64,000 nucleotides of DNA from Pseudomonadota bacterium (GCA_023428245.1 JAEYYX010000048.1:23847-87846); one strand, 5' to 3'. Counted from the stretch's first letter, positions 44,665 to 57,645 are shown. The notes: generated by a model from the sequence alone, not told the origin. A program made the numbers and translations.

Positions 44665-44884
44665 TCAAGGACCCAAGCTATTGAAGCCAGAGTGTAGCGA
44701 CGGCGGGGTGGTATACCAACCGTTCTCCGGCCACCTGGTCGAAGAAAAAGAAGCGCTTCCGCGTCGATCGTCGACCGACTTCCCTTCAGCCGACAAAACT
44801 ACAACGAGACAGCAGCGAAGTGTCGCGCAGAACCGACGCTCATAAGACGCTCACGCTCCTGCTTCGCTTGGGGTTCGCGGGCGC

Positions 44885-45259
44885 TCAACCGCAAACCCAG
44901 CTCTTCGCCTTGAGCTGATGCTCGAAGGTAAAAAGCAGGAGCTCGCCGGGAGCGAGCCATCCGAAGAGCACAATCGAGCGCGCGAGCCACTCTAGATCGG
45001 TCACAACAGCGATCTTCTTCCACTGATCGCGATGCGACAGGCCGTACTCGAAGCCCATCTTCAGGTCCTCCCAGATCGCTCCCTTATCCTGGCCGACGAA
45101 GTCGTGGCCTATCTCAAGGTAAACTCGAACCTCACTCCCGTCGTCGAAGGCCTTGCGCACCCTCGGCATGAGCACGCTCTCATAGTCCTCGCGGGTGAGC
45201 GTGCCCTTCAAACGAAAGGCGAGCACATCGGACGGGAAGTCGGGCAATACCTCGATCAT
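44885..45259 (-). CDS. STAS/SpoIIAA-like protein (DUF3478 type)
   Basis: 124 aa. The pattern MIEVLPDFPSDVLAFRLKGTLTREDYE...WKKIAVVTDLEW is typical of SpoIIAA-like/DUF3478 proteins (memory-based). Confidence 0.7.
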   Translation of the reverse strand: MIEVLPDFPSDVLAFRLKGTLTREDYESVLMPRVRKAFDDGSEVRVYLEIGHDFVGQDKGAIWEDLKMGFEYGLSHRDQWKKIAVVTDLEWLARSIVLFGWLAPGELLLFTFEHQLKAKSWVCG

Positions 45260-45382
45260 GCCCTACCTTAACCGAAAAACGGCCTCGTCGAAGCCGCCAA
45301 CAGCGCGCGTTTATTTTCCCTCATCAGGGCGCGCAGTTCCTGCGCGCGGCGGCGTGAACACCAGAACACTCCCCAAGTGGAC

Positions 45383-46237
45383 TCAGGGAGAGAGATCGAT
45401 CTGTTCCGCGGGCGCGACCGAGCCAAGGAACAGGTCCGCGACCTTCTGAAAACCTGACGGGAGATCAGTCACGAGGAGCTGGAGGGCGCCGCCCCCATCT
45501 TTGTTGCCCGCTGGGAGCAACCGGCCGCTTCGAATCCAGGCCTGGAGGGCCTCAGCCGTGGCGGAGGCGCTGTCGACGACAGGGATCGGTCGTCCGGCGA
45601 GGCGAGAAGCGACGCGCTCAAAGACCTCTCGAAGGAGTGGGTAGTGAGTGCAGCCGAGGACAATGACCCCCGCGCCTCGTTCGATGAGCGGAGTAAGATA
45701 TCGCTCGACAGCGAGCTCCGGCACGGTTCCGCTGAGCCAACCTTCTTCGACCAGAGGAACGAGCAAGGGCGCCGGTTCAGCGATCACCTCGAGACGGGTC
45801 GAGAGACTCGAAACGGCCCGCGGATATGCTCCGGAGCGGATCGTTCCCGCCGTCCCGACAACACCAACGCGAGGCGGCGGTCCTGAAGTACGCTGGGCCT
45901 CGAGAAGAGCCGCCCGCACACCTGCCTGAGCGCCCGGCTCGACGACGCCCATGACAGGAATGTCGAGCTCAGCCTCGAGGATCTCGAGAGCCACTGCGCT
46001 CACCGTATTGCAGGCGAGCACCAGGGCTTTGATACCCCTTTGGGTCAGCTCGGAGGCCGCGCGGCGCGCATAACGGATGACCGTCTCAGCGGAGCGGGTT
46101 CCATAGGGGACCCGGGCCGTATCGCCGAGATAAACGATGTTCTCCTCAGGAAACGCCTCGCGCAGAGCGCGCACTACCGTCAGGCCGCCGAGTCCTGAAT
46201 CGAACACGCCAATCGGCGCGTCGTTTCCCGCGGTCAC
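45383..46237 (-). CDS. murI: glutamate racemase
   Basis: IGVFDSGLGGLTV, LACNT and LGCTHYPLL (two catalytic Cys motifs). The start overlaps the hom stop by 4 nt. Confidence 0.92.
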   Translation of the reverse strand: MTAGNDAPIGVFDSGLGGLTVVRALREAFPEENIVYLGDTARVPYGTRSAETVIRYARRAASELTQRGIKALVLACNTVSAVALEILEAELDIPVMGVVEPGAQAGVRAALLEAQRTSGPPPRVGVVGTAGTIRSGAYPRAVSSLSTRLEVIAEPAPLLVPLVEEGWLSGTVPELAVERYLTPLIERGAGVIVLGCTHYPLLREVFERVASRLAGRPIPVVDSASATAEALQAWIRSGRLLPAGNKDGGGALQLLVTDLPSGFQKVADLFLGSVAPAEQIDLSP

Positions 46238-47556
46238 AGGTCCTCGATGCGAATGAAACGACAGCTCTTGAGGAAGGGCGCGGCCCGGACTTCCTCGAGG
46301 GCGCTCACGAGGTCGCCCTCGCGCGTCTCGTGGGTGATCATGAGAACCGACACGGGCTGACTGTCGCTCGTGTCCTCCTGGAACATCTCGGCGATGCTGA
46401 TTCCGTGGCGACCGAGGGCTGTCGCGATGGAGCCGAGGACGCCCGGAGTATCGTCGACGTCGAAGCGCAGATAGTAGCGGGTCACGGTCTCAGCGAGGGG
46501 GAGCAGCTTGCGCGGACGCGCCACAATCGCGCGGGTCGAGAGCCCACGCGCGCCCTCCCGGCGGCTGCGCGACACGTCCACGAGATCGGCCACGACGCTC
46601 ACAGCCGTCGGCAGATCGCCCGCCCCGCGCCCCACAAGTAGGCAGGGTCCGAGAGCTTTGCCCTGAATGAAGACGCAGTTCAAAACGCCGTCGATGGTCG
46701 CAACAACAGTCGAATTCGGGACGAACGTCGGATGCGCGCGGAGGGAAATGGCGTCGCCGAGATCGCGGCCGATCGCGAGATGTTTGATGGCGTAGCCGAA
46801 GCGTTCCGCTGCGGAGAAGTCGACCGAATCGAGGGCCGTGATGCCTTCGACCGAGATCTGGTCCGGCGTGAGCCTCGAGCCGAATGCGAGCGTGGCGGCG
46901 ACGATAAGCTTCTGGGCTGCGTCGTGACCTTCGATGTCGAGGGTCGGGTCCGCTTCCGCGTATCCGAGGTCCTGAGCCTGCTTCAGGGCCGTCGCGAAGC
47001 TGATCCCCTCCTGCTTCATCTTGGTCAGGATGTAGTTCGAGGTGCCGTTGAGGATGCCGTGGAGCGACAGCACCTGGTCACCGGTGAGCGCCTCCCGCAG
47101 CGTGCGGATGATCGGAATGCCGCCGCCCACCGACGCCTCGAAGGCAAGATCGACGCGCCCGCTCTGGGCTTTGTCGAGCAGGGCCGCGCCGTGCTTTGCG
47201 ATGACGTACTTGTTGGCGCTGACGACAGCGAGCCCTTGGGTGAGCGCCCGCTCGATGTAAGAGCGCGCGGGCTCTTCGCCGCCCATGACCTCGACCACCA
47301 CATCGAGCTCAGGATCGCTGAAGATGGACTCAGCGTCGGTCGTGATCCTGAGACCCTCCGCTGCGCGACCCCGCACCTTGTTCGGATCCCGCACGAGCAC
47401 ATGGGCGATCTCGATCGGTGCTCCGACACGCTCGGTGATAGTTGCTTGGTTCGTCGAGAGCAGGTCCAAGACCCCTCCTCCGACGGTTCCGCAGCCGAGG
47501 AGCGCTACACGAATCGGCTTTCCTGGTAACGAAGGGCGATCGCTGTCGGAATTCAC
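46234..47556 (-). CDS. hom: homoserine dehydrogenase
   Basis: NAD-binding VALLGCGTVGGGV, the catalytic-domain block LNGTSNYILT, and a C-terminal ACT-like domain. Confidence 0.92.
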   Translation of the reverse strand: MNSDSDRPSLPGKPIRVALLGCGTVGGGVLDLLSTNQATITERVGAPIEIAHVLVRDPNKVRGRAAEGLRITTDAESIFSDPELDVVVEVMGGEEPARSYIERALTQGLAVVSANKYVIAKHGAALLDKAQSGRVDLAFEASVGGGIPIIRTLREALTGDQVLSLHGILNGTSNYILTKMKQEGISFATALKQAQDLGYAEADPTLDIEGHDAAQKLIVAATLAFGSRLTPDQISVEGITALDSVDFSAAERFGYAIKHLAIGRDLGDAISLRAHPTFVPNSTVVATIDGVLNCVFIQGKALGPCLLVGRGAGDLPTAVSVVADLVDVSRSRREGARGLSTRAIVARPRKLLPLAETVTRYYLRFDVDDTPGVLGSIATALGRHGISIAEMFQEDTSDSQPVSVLMITHETREGDLVSALEEVRAAPFLKSCRFIRIEDL

Positions 47557-47633
47557 GGCAAAGCGTCTAGCCGGGCGGCGCCGGGAGTCAACCGGCCGGG
47601 ACCCGCTCCGAAATGCTTGGGATGAGGGGTCGC

Positions 47634-49322
47634 CTAGGGGTCCTGGGCGACCAGCTCCGCGGTAGGCTCCGGCTCAAGAATGAGCGGGACCCCGGGCTGA
47701 GTGCGCGCCTGCTCAGAGGCCCGCTCGAAGATCTCCGGCCGTACGCGCAGCCGCGCCACCACGAACCGCCGTGGTGCGTTCTGCATCTCCCCCTCCCAGG
47801 TCCGCATCTGGGGCGGACCAGCGTTCGCCGCGAGCAGGATCGGGAAGCCCGTTAGGGGATCCATCTCATAAAGAAAAAATGAGTGATAGTGGTAGCGCTC
47901 GTCGTCCCGGAGCCCGTTGATGAAGACAACGTCTCCGAGCCGGAACACTTCGCGCCGCTTTGCGAGGGATGCGAAGAAGGCGGTCCGATTGTTCAGCCGC
48001 ACCTGCTCTTCTTTCGGCACCCAGTAGACGTCGAACCAGTGAGGATGTTTCGTCGCGAAGAGAGCGAGGCTCTCAACGCTCCGCGGGTTGTCCATGCCGA
48101 GACTCGGGAGAAAGAGCGCTCCCCTCACCCTCTTTCTACCGGCTCCTCTCGGCGCCCAGCTTCCCCCCGTCGCCCAATCGAAGGCATCAGTGATGAAATC
48201 GACGCACACCTCAGGCAGCCGCACGCGTCCTCGATTATCGAAAACGAAATAACGGTCCCCGTTGTATTCATAGGTCTCCGCCCCTTTCCGATAAGCTTCG
48301 GCGAAAGCAAGCCTGAGCTTTCCATCTTCCTGGCCGTATTCGGTGCGCGGCTCGTCGAAGGGCAGACGATGTTCGACGATGCTGTCGATGGCGTTCTTGA
48401 GGGGCAAAAACGCCGCTCGGAGCGCCCGCTCGCCGCTTCTTCGAGCCTCTAGATGTCGTTTCATCTCCGGGGAGATCTCCTCGCAGTCGAGGCGAGTCTG
48501 ACCGCGCTGATCGACGCTCACGTGAGCGACTGTCGTGACAGACTCACCGAGCGGAGCGCCCCCATAACTGAGCTCCACCCAGACCCCAGCCTTCGTTCGG
48601 CTCATCACCCTTGCTGAGCGAAATCCGACTTCCTCCTGAAGTTTCGTGAAATCCGCGTGGAGCGCAGGTGGAAGCGGTCCCGAGAGGTCGTCGATGCGAT
48701 CGAAGAGAAGCAGAGCAGCATCCGTCTCCTCTCCCTCTCGGCGATAGCGATCCTTCTGGCGCACGAGCTCGAAGACTTCGTCTCCCCGGTGCACCCGGAT
48801 CTTCGGCGCATCGAAGAGGTGATCGAAGCGCAAGATCTGACTCATGCGCGTCGCGACAGGAGGCACCATCGAGAACAGATAGCCGTTTGTGAGAAAGGCC
48901 TGACGCCTGAGCTCAGGCTCACGCCTCGTTTCCCTGAGGGTCCGCAGAATAGCGGCTCCCGGATCCGAGCTGCGCTCGAGCTCACGGCGATAGGCGAGCG
49001 CCCGCTCCGCCAAACCTTCGGGCTCAGGATGCTCGAGGAAATAGATAGGGACGGCCCGAGCGCGACCGAGGATTTCGATGCGAAGCCCCTCGGATGCGGG
49101 GTCGAGCGGCGCCTCCACGGGGCGGCTCTCCTCCGCTCGGAACCCCTCACAAGCAGGTTTCGGGGACGCGACGATCTCAGGTGCGCGGACTTCCGCTCCT
49201 ACCGCCGCGGGAGTCTCATTGCTTTGGGCCCGTATCTCGCTCTTGTCCTCCGGCGCCGGCGAACGCCGGCACGCCAAATGGCCCCCTGCGAGCAGCAGGA
49301 GAACAAAAAACATCGGGCGCAT
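47634..49322 (-). CDS. large hypothetical lipoprotein
   Basis: The internal Met gives MRPMFFVLLLLAGGHLAC (signal peptide plus lipobox) and avoids overlap with the lon 3' end. The ORF runs uninterrupted for 562 aa. See findings for a possible Cys/His hydrolase module. Confidence 0.7.
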   Translation of the reverse strand: MRPMFFVLLLLAGGHLACRRSPAPEDKSEIRAQSNETPAAVGAEVRAPEIVASPKPACEGFRAEESRPVEAPLDPASEGLRIEILGRARAVPIYFLEHPEPEGLAERALAYRRELERSSDPGAAILRTLRETRREPELRRQAFLTNGYLFSMVPPVATRMSQILRFDHLFDAPKIRVHRGDEVFELVRQKDRYRREGEETDAALLLFDRIDDLSGPLPPALHADFTKLQEEVGFRSARVMSRTKAGVWVELSYGGAPLGESVTTVAHVSVDQRGQTRLDCEEISPEMKRHLEARRSGERALRAAFLPLKNAIDSIVEHRLPFDEPRTEYGQEDGKLRLAFAEAYRKGAETYEYNGDRYFVFDNRGRVRLPEVCVDFITDAFDWATGGSWAPRGAGRKRVRGALFLPSLGMDNPRSVESLALFATKHPHWFDVYWVPKEEQVRLNNRTAFFASLAKRREVFRLGDVVFINGLRDDERYHYHSFFLYEMDPLTGFPILLAANAGPPQMRTWEGEMQNAPRRFVVARLRVRPEIFERASEQARTQPGVPLILEPEPTAELVAQDP

Positions 49323-49383
49323 TCCCACAACAATAACCCATTTGGGCCCGTTGTGCGAAGCGCCCGTCGTCCGGCGGTTCGTT

Positions 49384-51825
<2,442 letters not shown>

Positions 51826-52011
51826 GGGGTTACTCAGGGCCGAGTGGCGGGGCTGTCTCGGAAAGCCGCATGGCGAGCCGAGTCATTCCCCTCTCGTATA
51901 ACCATGAACCGTCTGTCCACAACCCAGGTCTGAAAGAAAGAAGGCCCCCCTAGGGTCCGCCCTGATTTTTTGGTGCGACTTCCGATAGAAAGGCTATGAC
52001 CTCGATCACCC

Positions 52012-52977
52012 ATGGGCTCTCGAGCAAGCGCTCTGTTTTTCGGGACACCTGCCATTGCCGTCCCGTCCCTGCGCGCCCTCTGTCGTGTGTGTGAGGTGCG
52101 CGGCGTCATCTCCCAGCCCGACCGCCCAGCGGGCCGGGGGCTCGGCGCTTCACCGACCCCGGTGAAAGCGGCTGCCCTTGAGCTAGGTTTGCCTGTTTAC
52201 CAGCCTCATAAAGTGCGCGACGGGGAGCTTGAACGTTATGTGCGCGAGGTGGACGTCGACGTGTCCGTCGTCATCGCTTACGGAAGAATTCTTCCGAGTG
52301 CAGTCCTTTCGGCGCCCCGCCAAGGATCGGTCAATTTGCATGCCTCGCTGCTCCCAAACCACCGAGGGGCAGCCCCGATCCAGCGGGCCATCATGCGGGG
52401 GGACACGGCGACCGGAGTCTGTCTGATGCAGATGGACGAAGGCATGGATACAGGTCCCGTGCTCGCACGACGAGAGATTCCGATCGACGACGAGGACGAC
52501 GCGGGGACTCTCGCGGAAAAGATCGCTGAGCTCGCAGCCCTGGTGACCGAAGAATACGTCCCAAGGGCCGCGCGAGGTGAGCTTCTGCCCGTCCCTCAAG
52601 ACCACTCGCGGGCGACCCACGCCCCGCCGATCACCCGCGAGGACACTCGACTCGACTTCTCCCTCGAAGCGACCGTGGTGCGGAACCGGGTCCGAGGGCT
52701 CTCACCCCGTCCAGGTGCAGAAGTGTGGGCAGACCGCCGCGAACGTCCGCGGGCTCGGCTTCGTGTCCTCTCGCTCGCCCTCTGCGAGAAGCGGATGGAC
52801 GAGGCCCCACCCGGGACAGTTCTCGTCGAGGGGGGCCGCGTCTTCGTCGCGGCAGGCGGCGATTCCGCTCTCGAACTCCTCTCGGCCCAACCTGACGGCA
52901 AGCGAGTCCAAACCGGCCGCGACCTCGCGAACGGGCGCTGGCTGAGTACCGGGGATCGGCTTCTTTCGGATTCGTGA
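52012..52977 (+). CDS. fmt: methionyl-tRNA formyltransferase
   Basis: FFGTPAIAVPSL, SQPDRPAGRG and HASLLPNHRGAAPIQRAI. No def gene is adjacent. Confidence 0.92.
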   Translation: MGSRASALFFGTPAIAVPSLRALCRVCEVRGVISQPDRPAGRGLGASPTPVKAAALELGLPVYQPHKVRDGELERYVREVDVDVSVVIAYGRILPSAVLSAPRQGSVNLHASLLPNHRGAAPIQRAIMRGDTATGVCLMQMDEGMDTGPVLARREIPIDDEDDAGTLAEKIAELAALVTEEYVPRAARGELLPVPQDHSRATHAPPITREDTRLDFSLEATVVRNRVRGLSPRPGAEVWADRRERPRARLRVLSLALCEKRMDEAPPGTVLVEGGRVFVAAGGDSALELLSAQPDGKRVQTGRDLANGRWLSTGDRLLSDS

Positions 52978-53001
52978 GAGGGCCTGATAGGCTTCTCGAC
53001 A

Positions 53002-55488
53002 ATGACGGCAGTTGGAATCGATCTGGGAACCACGAACACTGTGGTGGCCGCCGTGCGCGATGGTCGTGGCGTGGCCCTGAAAGACAAGGCCGGCCATGCT
53101 CTCTTGCCGAGCGTCGTCTACTTTCCAGAGAGCGGAAATCCGGTCGTGGGCCGCGCAGCGCGGGATGCACGCACTCGCCACCCCGCCGACACCGTCTTCT
53201 CAGTGAAGCGACTGCTCGGTCGCGCCTGGGACAGCGAGCCTGTGCAGACAGCCCGCGGCCGTTTCCCCTTCGAACTCGTCGAAGGGCCGAGCAAAGCGAC
53301 CCTCGTCCGCTGTCACGACGTCAACTACACGCTCCCTGAGATCAGCGCGCTCGTGCTCGAGGCAGCACGCGACATCGCGAGCTATCGACTGGGAGAGCCC
53401 GTCACTGAGGCGGTCATCACCGTACCCGCGAACTTCAACGATCTGCAGCGCGCGGCGACCAAAGCAGCCGCAGGCGTCGCCGGCCTCGACGTGCTGCGCA
53501 TCATCAACGAACCCACGGCAGCTGCCCTCGCCTACGGCTTCGGCAAACAGGGGCGCGAACGAGTCGCCGTTTACGATTTTGGTGGCGGGACCTTCGATGT
53601 CACCTTGCTCGACTTGAGCGAGAACGTGTTCGAGGTCCTCTCGACCAGCGGCAACACCTTCCTCGGCGGCGACGATATCGACGGGGTCGTCTTGGAACAG
53701 CTCGTGAGTCATTTGCAGAAGCAGAGCGGGATCGACGCCGGCGAGTACCCGGAGACGCTCGAGCTTCTGCGCGCCGCGGCCGAGACCCTGAAGTGTGAGT
53801 TGTCGAACCGGAGTGTCGCTACAGCACACATCCCCGATATCTGGAATGGATCAGAGAAGACGCCCATCTCCCTCGAGTTCACCCTGAAGCGCTCGGAGTT
53901 CGAGCAGCTCGCCGAGCCCCACGTCGCGCGCACCCTCAAGGTTTGTCAAGAGGCGCTCGACGTCGCCGGCCTCACGACAAAGGATCTCGATGAGGTGCTC
54001 CTGGTCGGCGGGTCAACGCGTATCCCGCTTGTACGCCGGCGCATCTCGAGCTTCTTCGGCAAGATGCCCCAAGGGCGCATCAACCCCGACGAAGTCGTGG
54101 CGATTGGGGCGAGCATTCAGGCGATGGCGCTCAGTCCCGAGATGCAGCGCAACTTCGCGGGGGCCGATCTGCCGAGCCCCGCCATCACTCCGTCAACGCG
54201 TCCCCCGCGCGCGAGTGAGCGTCCCGCTGGCCGCTCCAAGACCCTGATGGGCGTAGGAGATATCGACAAACCCGAGGACGATCCGTTCCTGCCCGTCCCC
54301 GTGGGCAGGAGCCAGAGCGCCGCTCCTCCCCAACTCCCGAAACGCCCGGCTCCGAGCGGACTCAGCCTCGATCTCGACGACCTCGCCGAAAGCGCGCCGG
54401 CGGCCTCACCTCCTGAGGAGTTCGACGTGCTGCCGTCAGGCCTGCTCGACATCCCCGAAGAGCTCCGCGCCGGAAGCGTTCCGCCGCCCGCAGCGGATGG
54501 CTCTGTCGTTTTTGACCTCGACGGCCTCGAGAGCGGCGCCGACTTGCCCTCCCCTGCTGAAACCGCGCCCTTGCCCGCGGTCCTCTCTCCCGACAGGGCG
54601 CGCGGCCTCGGCGGCCTCGAGCGAAAGAGCATTCCTCTCCGGAGCCCGAGCATCCCGCTCTCAGCCTCGCCGAAACCGATGATCGGCCTGCCCGCTTCGC
54701 CGAAGCCGACAGCCTCTCCAAAACCGCTCACATCTGTAAAGCCAAGCGCCTCGCCGAAACCTCTCAGCAAGGACCCCACGCTCGCCGACGTTGCTCTGCC
54801 CTCCGCGGTGCCGCGGGCGCCAGAAGGCGGTCTGCCGTCGCCCCTTTTGTCGAACGCTGCGAAGGTAGTTCGAGCGCCTTCGAACGACACGGGCAGCCGC
54901 GCTCCTGCCAGCTTGCCCGATCTCACCGCGGCCCTGCCAGAGGTCGCAACGGACGGCAGTACGCTCCGGGCGGCGCGGGAAGGAGTTCCAGGACGCGATC
55001 TCCTTCCGGTTTCGCTCAAAGAAGTCGACCTCTTCGACGCCGACCTCACGAGTCTCGCTCCCGGGGCAACGACCGCGCCGTCAGCCTCTATCGACGAGGG
55101 CACGCCCCTCATCACGTCCCAAAGGCCCCCGCTCTTGCTCGACGTCACACCGCTCTCTCTGGGGGTCGAGGTGGTCGGCGGATTTACCAATCGACTCATC
55201 GAGCGCAACAGCCCCATCCCCTGCGAAAAGACGAGCACCTTCGCGACCACGAGTGACGGACAGACGCAGGTGCGAGTCCGGGTGTGCCAGGGGGAAGAGG
55301 AAGCTTTCGAACAGAATACCGTGCTCGGTGAGGTGCTCCTTTTTGGGCTCACCCCGACGGAGCGCGGCCGGACCACGATCAACGTCACCTTCGCCCTCGA
55401 TGAAAACGGGATGCTCCGCGTGCACGCGCGAGATCCCGCGACCGGGGCCGCCGCCGACGCCGTCTTGAAGTTGGTCGGCGTCTCTTGA
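53002..55488 (+). CDS. atypical Hsp70-family chaperone (lidless, with a ~330-aa low-complexity insertion)
   Basis: NBD motifs [18 protein letters not shown] and LVGGSTRIP. The conserved linker/SBD-beta start [13 protein letters not shown] appears only at about residue 711. The protein ends after SBD-beta. Confidence 0.9.
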   Translation: MTAVGIDLGTTNTVVAAVRDGRGVALKDKAGHALLPSVVYFPESGNPVVGRAARDARTRHPADTVFSVKRLLGRAWDSEPVQTARGRFPFELVEGPSKATLVRCHDVNYTLPEISALVLEAARDIASYRLGEPVTEAVITVPANFNDLQRAATKAAAGVAGLDVLRIINEPTAAALAYGFGKQGRERVAVYDFGGGTFDVTLLDLSENVFEVLSTSGNTFLGGDDIDGVVLEQLVSHLQKQSGIDAGEYPETLELLRAAAETLKCELSNRSVATAHIPDIWNGSEKTPISLEFTLKRSEFEQLAEPHVARTLKVCQEALDVAGLTTKDLDEVLLVGGSTRIPLVRRRISSFFGKMPQGRINPDEVVAIGASIQAMALSPEMQRNFAGADLPSPAITPSTRPPRASERPAGRSKTLMGVGDIDKPEDDPFLPVPVGRSQSAAPPQLPKRPAPSGLSLDLDDLAESAPAASPPEEFDVLPSGLLDIPEELRAGSVPPPAADGSVVFDLDGLESGADLPSPAETAPLPAVLSPDRARGLGGLERKSIPLRSPSIPLSASPKPMIGLPASPKPTASPKPLTSVKPSASPKPLSKDPTLADVALPSAVPRAPEGGLPSPLLSNAAKVVRAPSNDTGSRAPASLPDLTAALPEVATDGSTLRAAREGVPGRDLLPVSLKEVDLFDADLTSLAPGATTAPSASIDEGTPLITSQRPPLLLDVTPLSLGVEVVGGFTNRLIERNSPIPCEKTSTFATTSDGQTQVRVRVCQGEEEAFEQNTVLGEVLLFGLTPTERGRTTINVTFALDENGMLRVHARDPATGAAADAVLKLVGVS

Positions 55489-56051
55489 ATCGACCCGCCT
55501 TCGTCCCCGTACTTCCTGACGCGCACATGCCTCCCTTGACCGAACAGACTCTCGAGCAAGAGCTCAAGGCTCTTAGGGAAAAGAGCTACTACGAGATCCT
55601 CGGCGTCTCCGACGCGGCCAGTGCAGCGGAGATACAGGCCGCCTTCCATGAATTTTCCCGCCGGTTCCACCCCGACGCCCACCGGGGACAGCCGGAGTCC
55701 TTTCGCGACAAGTCCCGGGCCATCTTCGAGCGCGGCGCAGAGGCTTACGGGGTGCTCCGGGCGCCCCGTCGGCGCTCAGACTACGATTTGACCCTGGCGC
55801 GAGGGCGCGTCCGCCTGGACGACCCTGATAATGGGGCTGTACGTCCTACGGCCCAAAAATCCCTCGAGGACCTCTGCCTGACCAAAGGCGCCAAGTTGCT
55901 CGCGCGGCAAGCCACCCGGGCCATTTCTGAGGGCAAGGTGCGAGAGGCGCGGGATTTGACGCGGCGGGCCCTCTGGGCCGAGGGGAAGAACTCGGAACTC
56001 ACCGAGAGGCTCCAGGCGCTGGAGGAGCTCGTAAAAATGGGTGCGAGCTGA
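55485..56051 (+). CDS. J-domain protein (DnaJ-like co-chaperone)
   Basis: [30 protein letters not shown] (J domain with HPD). The TTG start overlaps the Hsp70 stop (TTGA). An ATG about 40 nt downstream is an alternative start. Confidence 0.85.
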   Translation: MNRPAFVPVLPDAHMPPLTEQTLEQELKALREKSYYEILGVSDAASAAEIQAAFHEFSRRFHPDAHRGQPESFRDKSRAIFERGAEAYGVLRAPRRRSDYDLTLARGRVRLDDPDNGAVRPTAQKSLEDLCLTKGAKLLARQATRAISEGKVREARDLTRRALWAEGKNSELTERLQALEELVKMGAS

Positions 56052-56242
56052 TTTTTCCGTCCGGATCCAGATCCGCCACCCCTGGAAAAGCCGCGGAACA
56101 ATGGTAGAAGAAGGGGCCCTGGAAACGGGGATGGCTTTCGCGACGAAAAACTGCCAGATCGCACCGCCCACCGAAACGTCTTACCCGAATCAGAGTCGGC
56201 CTCCGCCGACCCGCAGACTCACCGGAACCTCGGAGAGCACAC

Positions 56243-57550
56243 GTGAAGATCTCTTGTCCCTCATGCTCAGCTAAGTATTCGATTGCAGACGATAAGGTCC
56301 AAAATCGTCTCGCGAAGATCCGTTGCCGGAAGTGCGGCACGTCCATTGTCATCGATGGGACCCAGACCCCACCGAGCGTCTACGCCGCGACCGAGGCGGG
56401 CGATGCAGCGCAAGCGCCTGCCGCCGCGACCGGGACGGTCTTCAGTGTGGACTTCGGCGAAGGCGACCAGAGGCAGCTCACGGTGGCCGAGCTCGTGGAT
56501 GCGTACAACGCAGGCCAGGTGAACGCGGAGACCTACCTCTGGACGGAGGGTTACGCGGACTGGACGCCTCTTGGTCAAGTCGAAGAGGTCGTCAGCGCCA
56601 TCAACAAGACTGCCGTCGTCGACTCGAACGCCGCCGCGGCCATGTCGACGGCGCCTTTCGAAGATCCGTTCCCCCAGCCTCCCCAGCGCAGCGGCGCGGA
56701 TCTGTTCGGCGGTATCTCGACGGCAGGAAGCGAGCGCGACTTCGCCACCAGCTCGGCGGCCCCGACGCCTGCTGCCGCGGCGAAAGCTTTCGCTAGCCCC
56801 GCACAAGCGAGCGCCGGAGCCTCCGGTGCACGGAACGAGAGTTCGGTTCTCTTCTCGCTCAGCGCTCTGACCTCCGGTTCTACCTCGTCGCGCCCGAGTG
56901 TCCCCGCTCCGAGCGCTCCGAACAATGATGACTCCGGCCTCATTGATTTGAAAGCGCTCACGGAAGCTGCTGCAGCCCAGGCGCGCCCCGCGCCCCACGT
57001 CGCAGCAGCTGTCGCTCCTGTAGCGCCCTTCGCCGCCCCCGCGCCCCTCGGCGCTCCTGTGCTTGCTCCCCTCGGCATGCCGGGAAGCCCCGGTGCCTCT
57101 GTCCCTCCGGCAAGGAAGGGCAACACCGGCTACTACATCATCGGTGGCTCGATCATCGTCGCGGCCGCGGCGGTCGCCGCGCTCGTCACCTTGCTCAACA
57201 AAGAGCCCCCTCCGCCTCCGGTCCTGACCCAGGCTCCGGCTGTCGAGACCCCGCCCCCGGCCCCTTCTGCCGCAGCGCTCCCCGAGCAGCCCGAGACTCC
57301 CTCGTTGCCGCCGGCCACTGAGGAACCGAAGGCCGAGGAAACGTCAAAGGCAACGAGCACCGCCAAAAAGCCCACGACGACCAAGCCGGCCACGACCAAG
57401 ACCACGTCGACGACGAGCAAGACCACGTCGAGTTCGAGCTCGTCCGACAAGCCGGCCGCGCCCGCGCCGAAGCCTGCCGCCTCGAGCGGTAGCAAGTGCA
57501 ACTGCAAGGCAGGCGACCTCATGTGCGCCATGCGCTGCTCCAGCAAGTAA
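56243..57550 (+). CDS. MJ0042-type zinc-ribbon plus GYF-domain protein with TM segment and Ser/Thr/Pro-rich tail
   Basis: KISCPSCSAKYSI...IRCRKCGTSIVI (zinc ribbon). LTVAELVDAYNAGQVNAETYLWTEGYADWTPLGQV (GYF_2-like). TM segment YYIIGGSIIVAAAAVAALVTLL. Cys-rich end CNCKAGDLMCAMRC. GTG start. Confidence 0.8.
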   Translation: MKISCPSCSAKYSIADDKVQNRLAKIRCRKCGTSIVIDGTQTPPSVYAATEAGDAAQAPAAATGTVFSVDFGEGDQRQLTVAELVDAYNAGQVNAETYLWTEGYADWTPLGQVEEVVSAINKTAVVDSNAAAAMSTAPFEDPFPQPPQRSGADLFGGISTAGSERDFATSSAAPTPAAAAKAFASPAQASAGASGARNESSVLFSLSALTSGSTSSRPSVPAPSAPNNDDSGLIDLKALTEAAAAQARPAPHVAAAVAPVAPFAAPAPLGAPVLAPLGMPGSPGASVPPARKGNTGYYIIGGSIIVAAAAVAALVTLLNKEPPPPPVLTQAPAVETPPPAPSAAALPEQPETPSLPPATEEPKAEETSKATSTAKKPTTTKPATTKTTSTTSKTTSSSSSSDKPAAPAPKPAASSGSKCNCKAGDLMCAMRCSSK

Positions 57551-57602
57551 GAAATCGAGCGCGCTCCCCTTAAGGAGAACGCTCATCATCCACACACACC
57601 GA

Positions 57603-57645
57603 AACCCGAGCACGCCTCCCCGGCGTCCTCGGGTTCGCTTCTTTG
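57603..57645 (+). terminator. hairpin terminator candidate after the zinc-ribbon/GYF gene
   Basis: AACCCGAG-c-ACGCC-tcccc-GGCGT-c-CTCGGGTT (13 bp with one C-C mismatch), followed by CGCTTCTTTG. Confidence 0.55.

Noticed and set aside
43006-45259. tRNA-Gly-adjacent GH8 and STAS genes as an acquired islet
   Set aside because: There is no integrase or att-like repeat of the tRNA 3' end. Both genes are bounded by ordinary terminators and housekeeping genes.
54117-55682. 521-aa ORF antisense to the Hsp70 insertion and SBD
   Set aside because: It lies opposite a CDS with clear Hsp70 motifs on both sides. The product is Ser/Arg/Gly/Pro low-complexity with no start context. Treated as a GC and repeat artefact.
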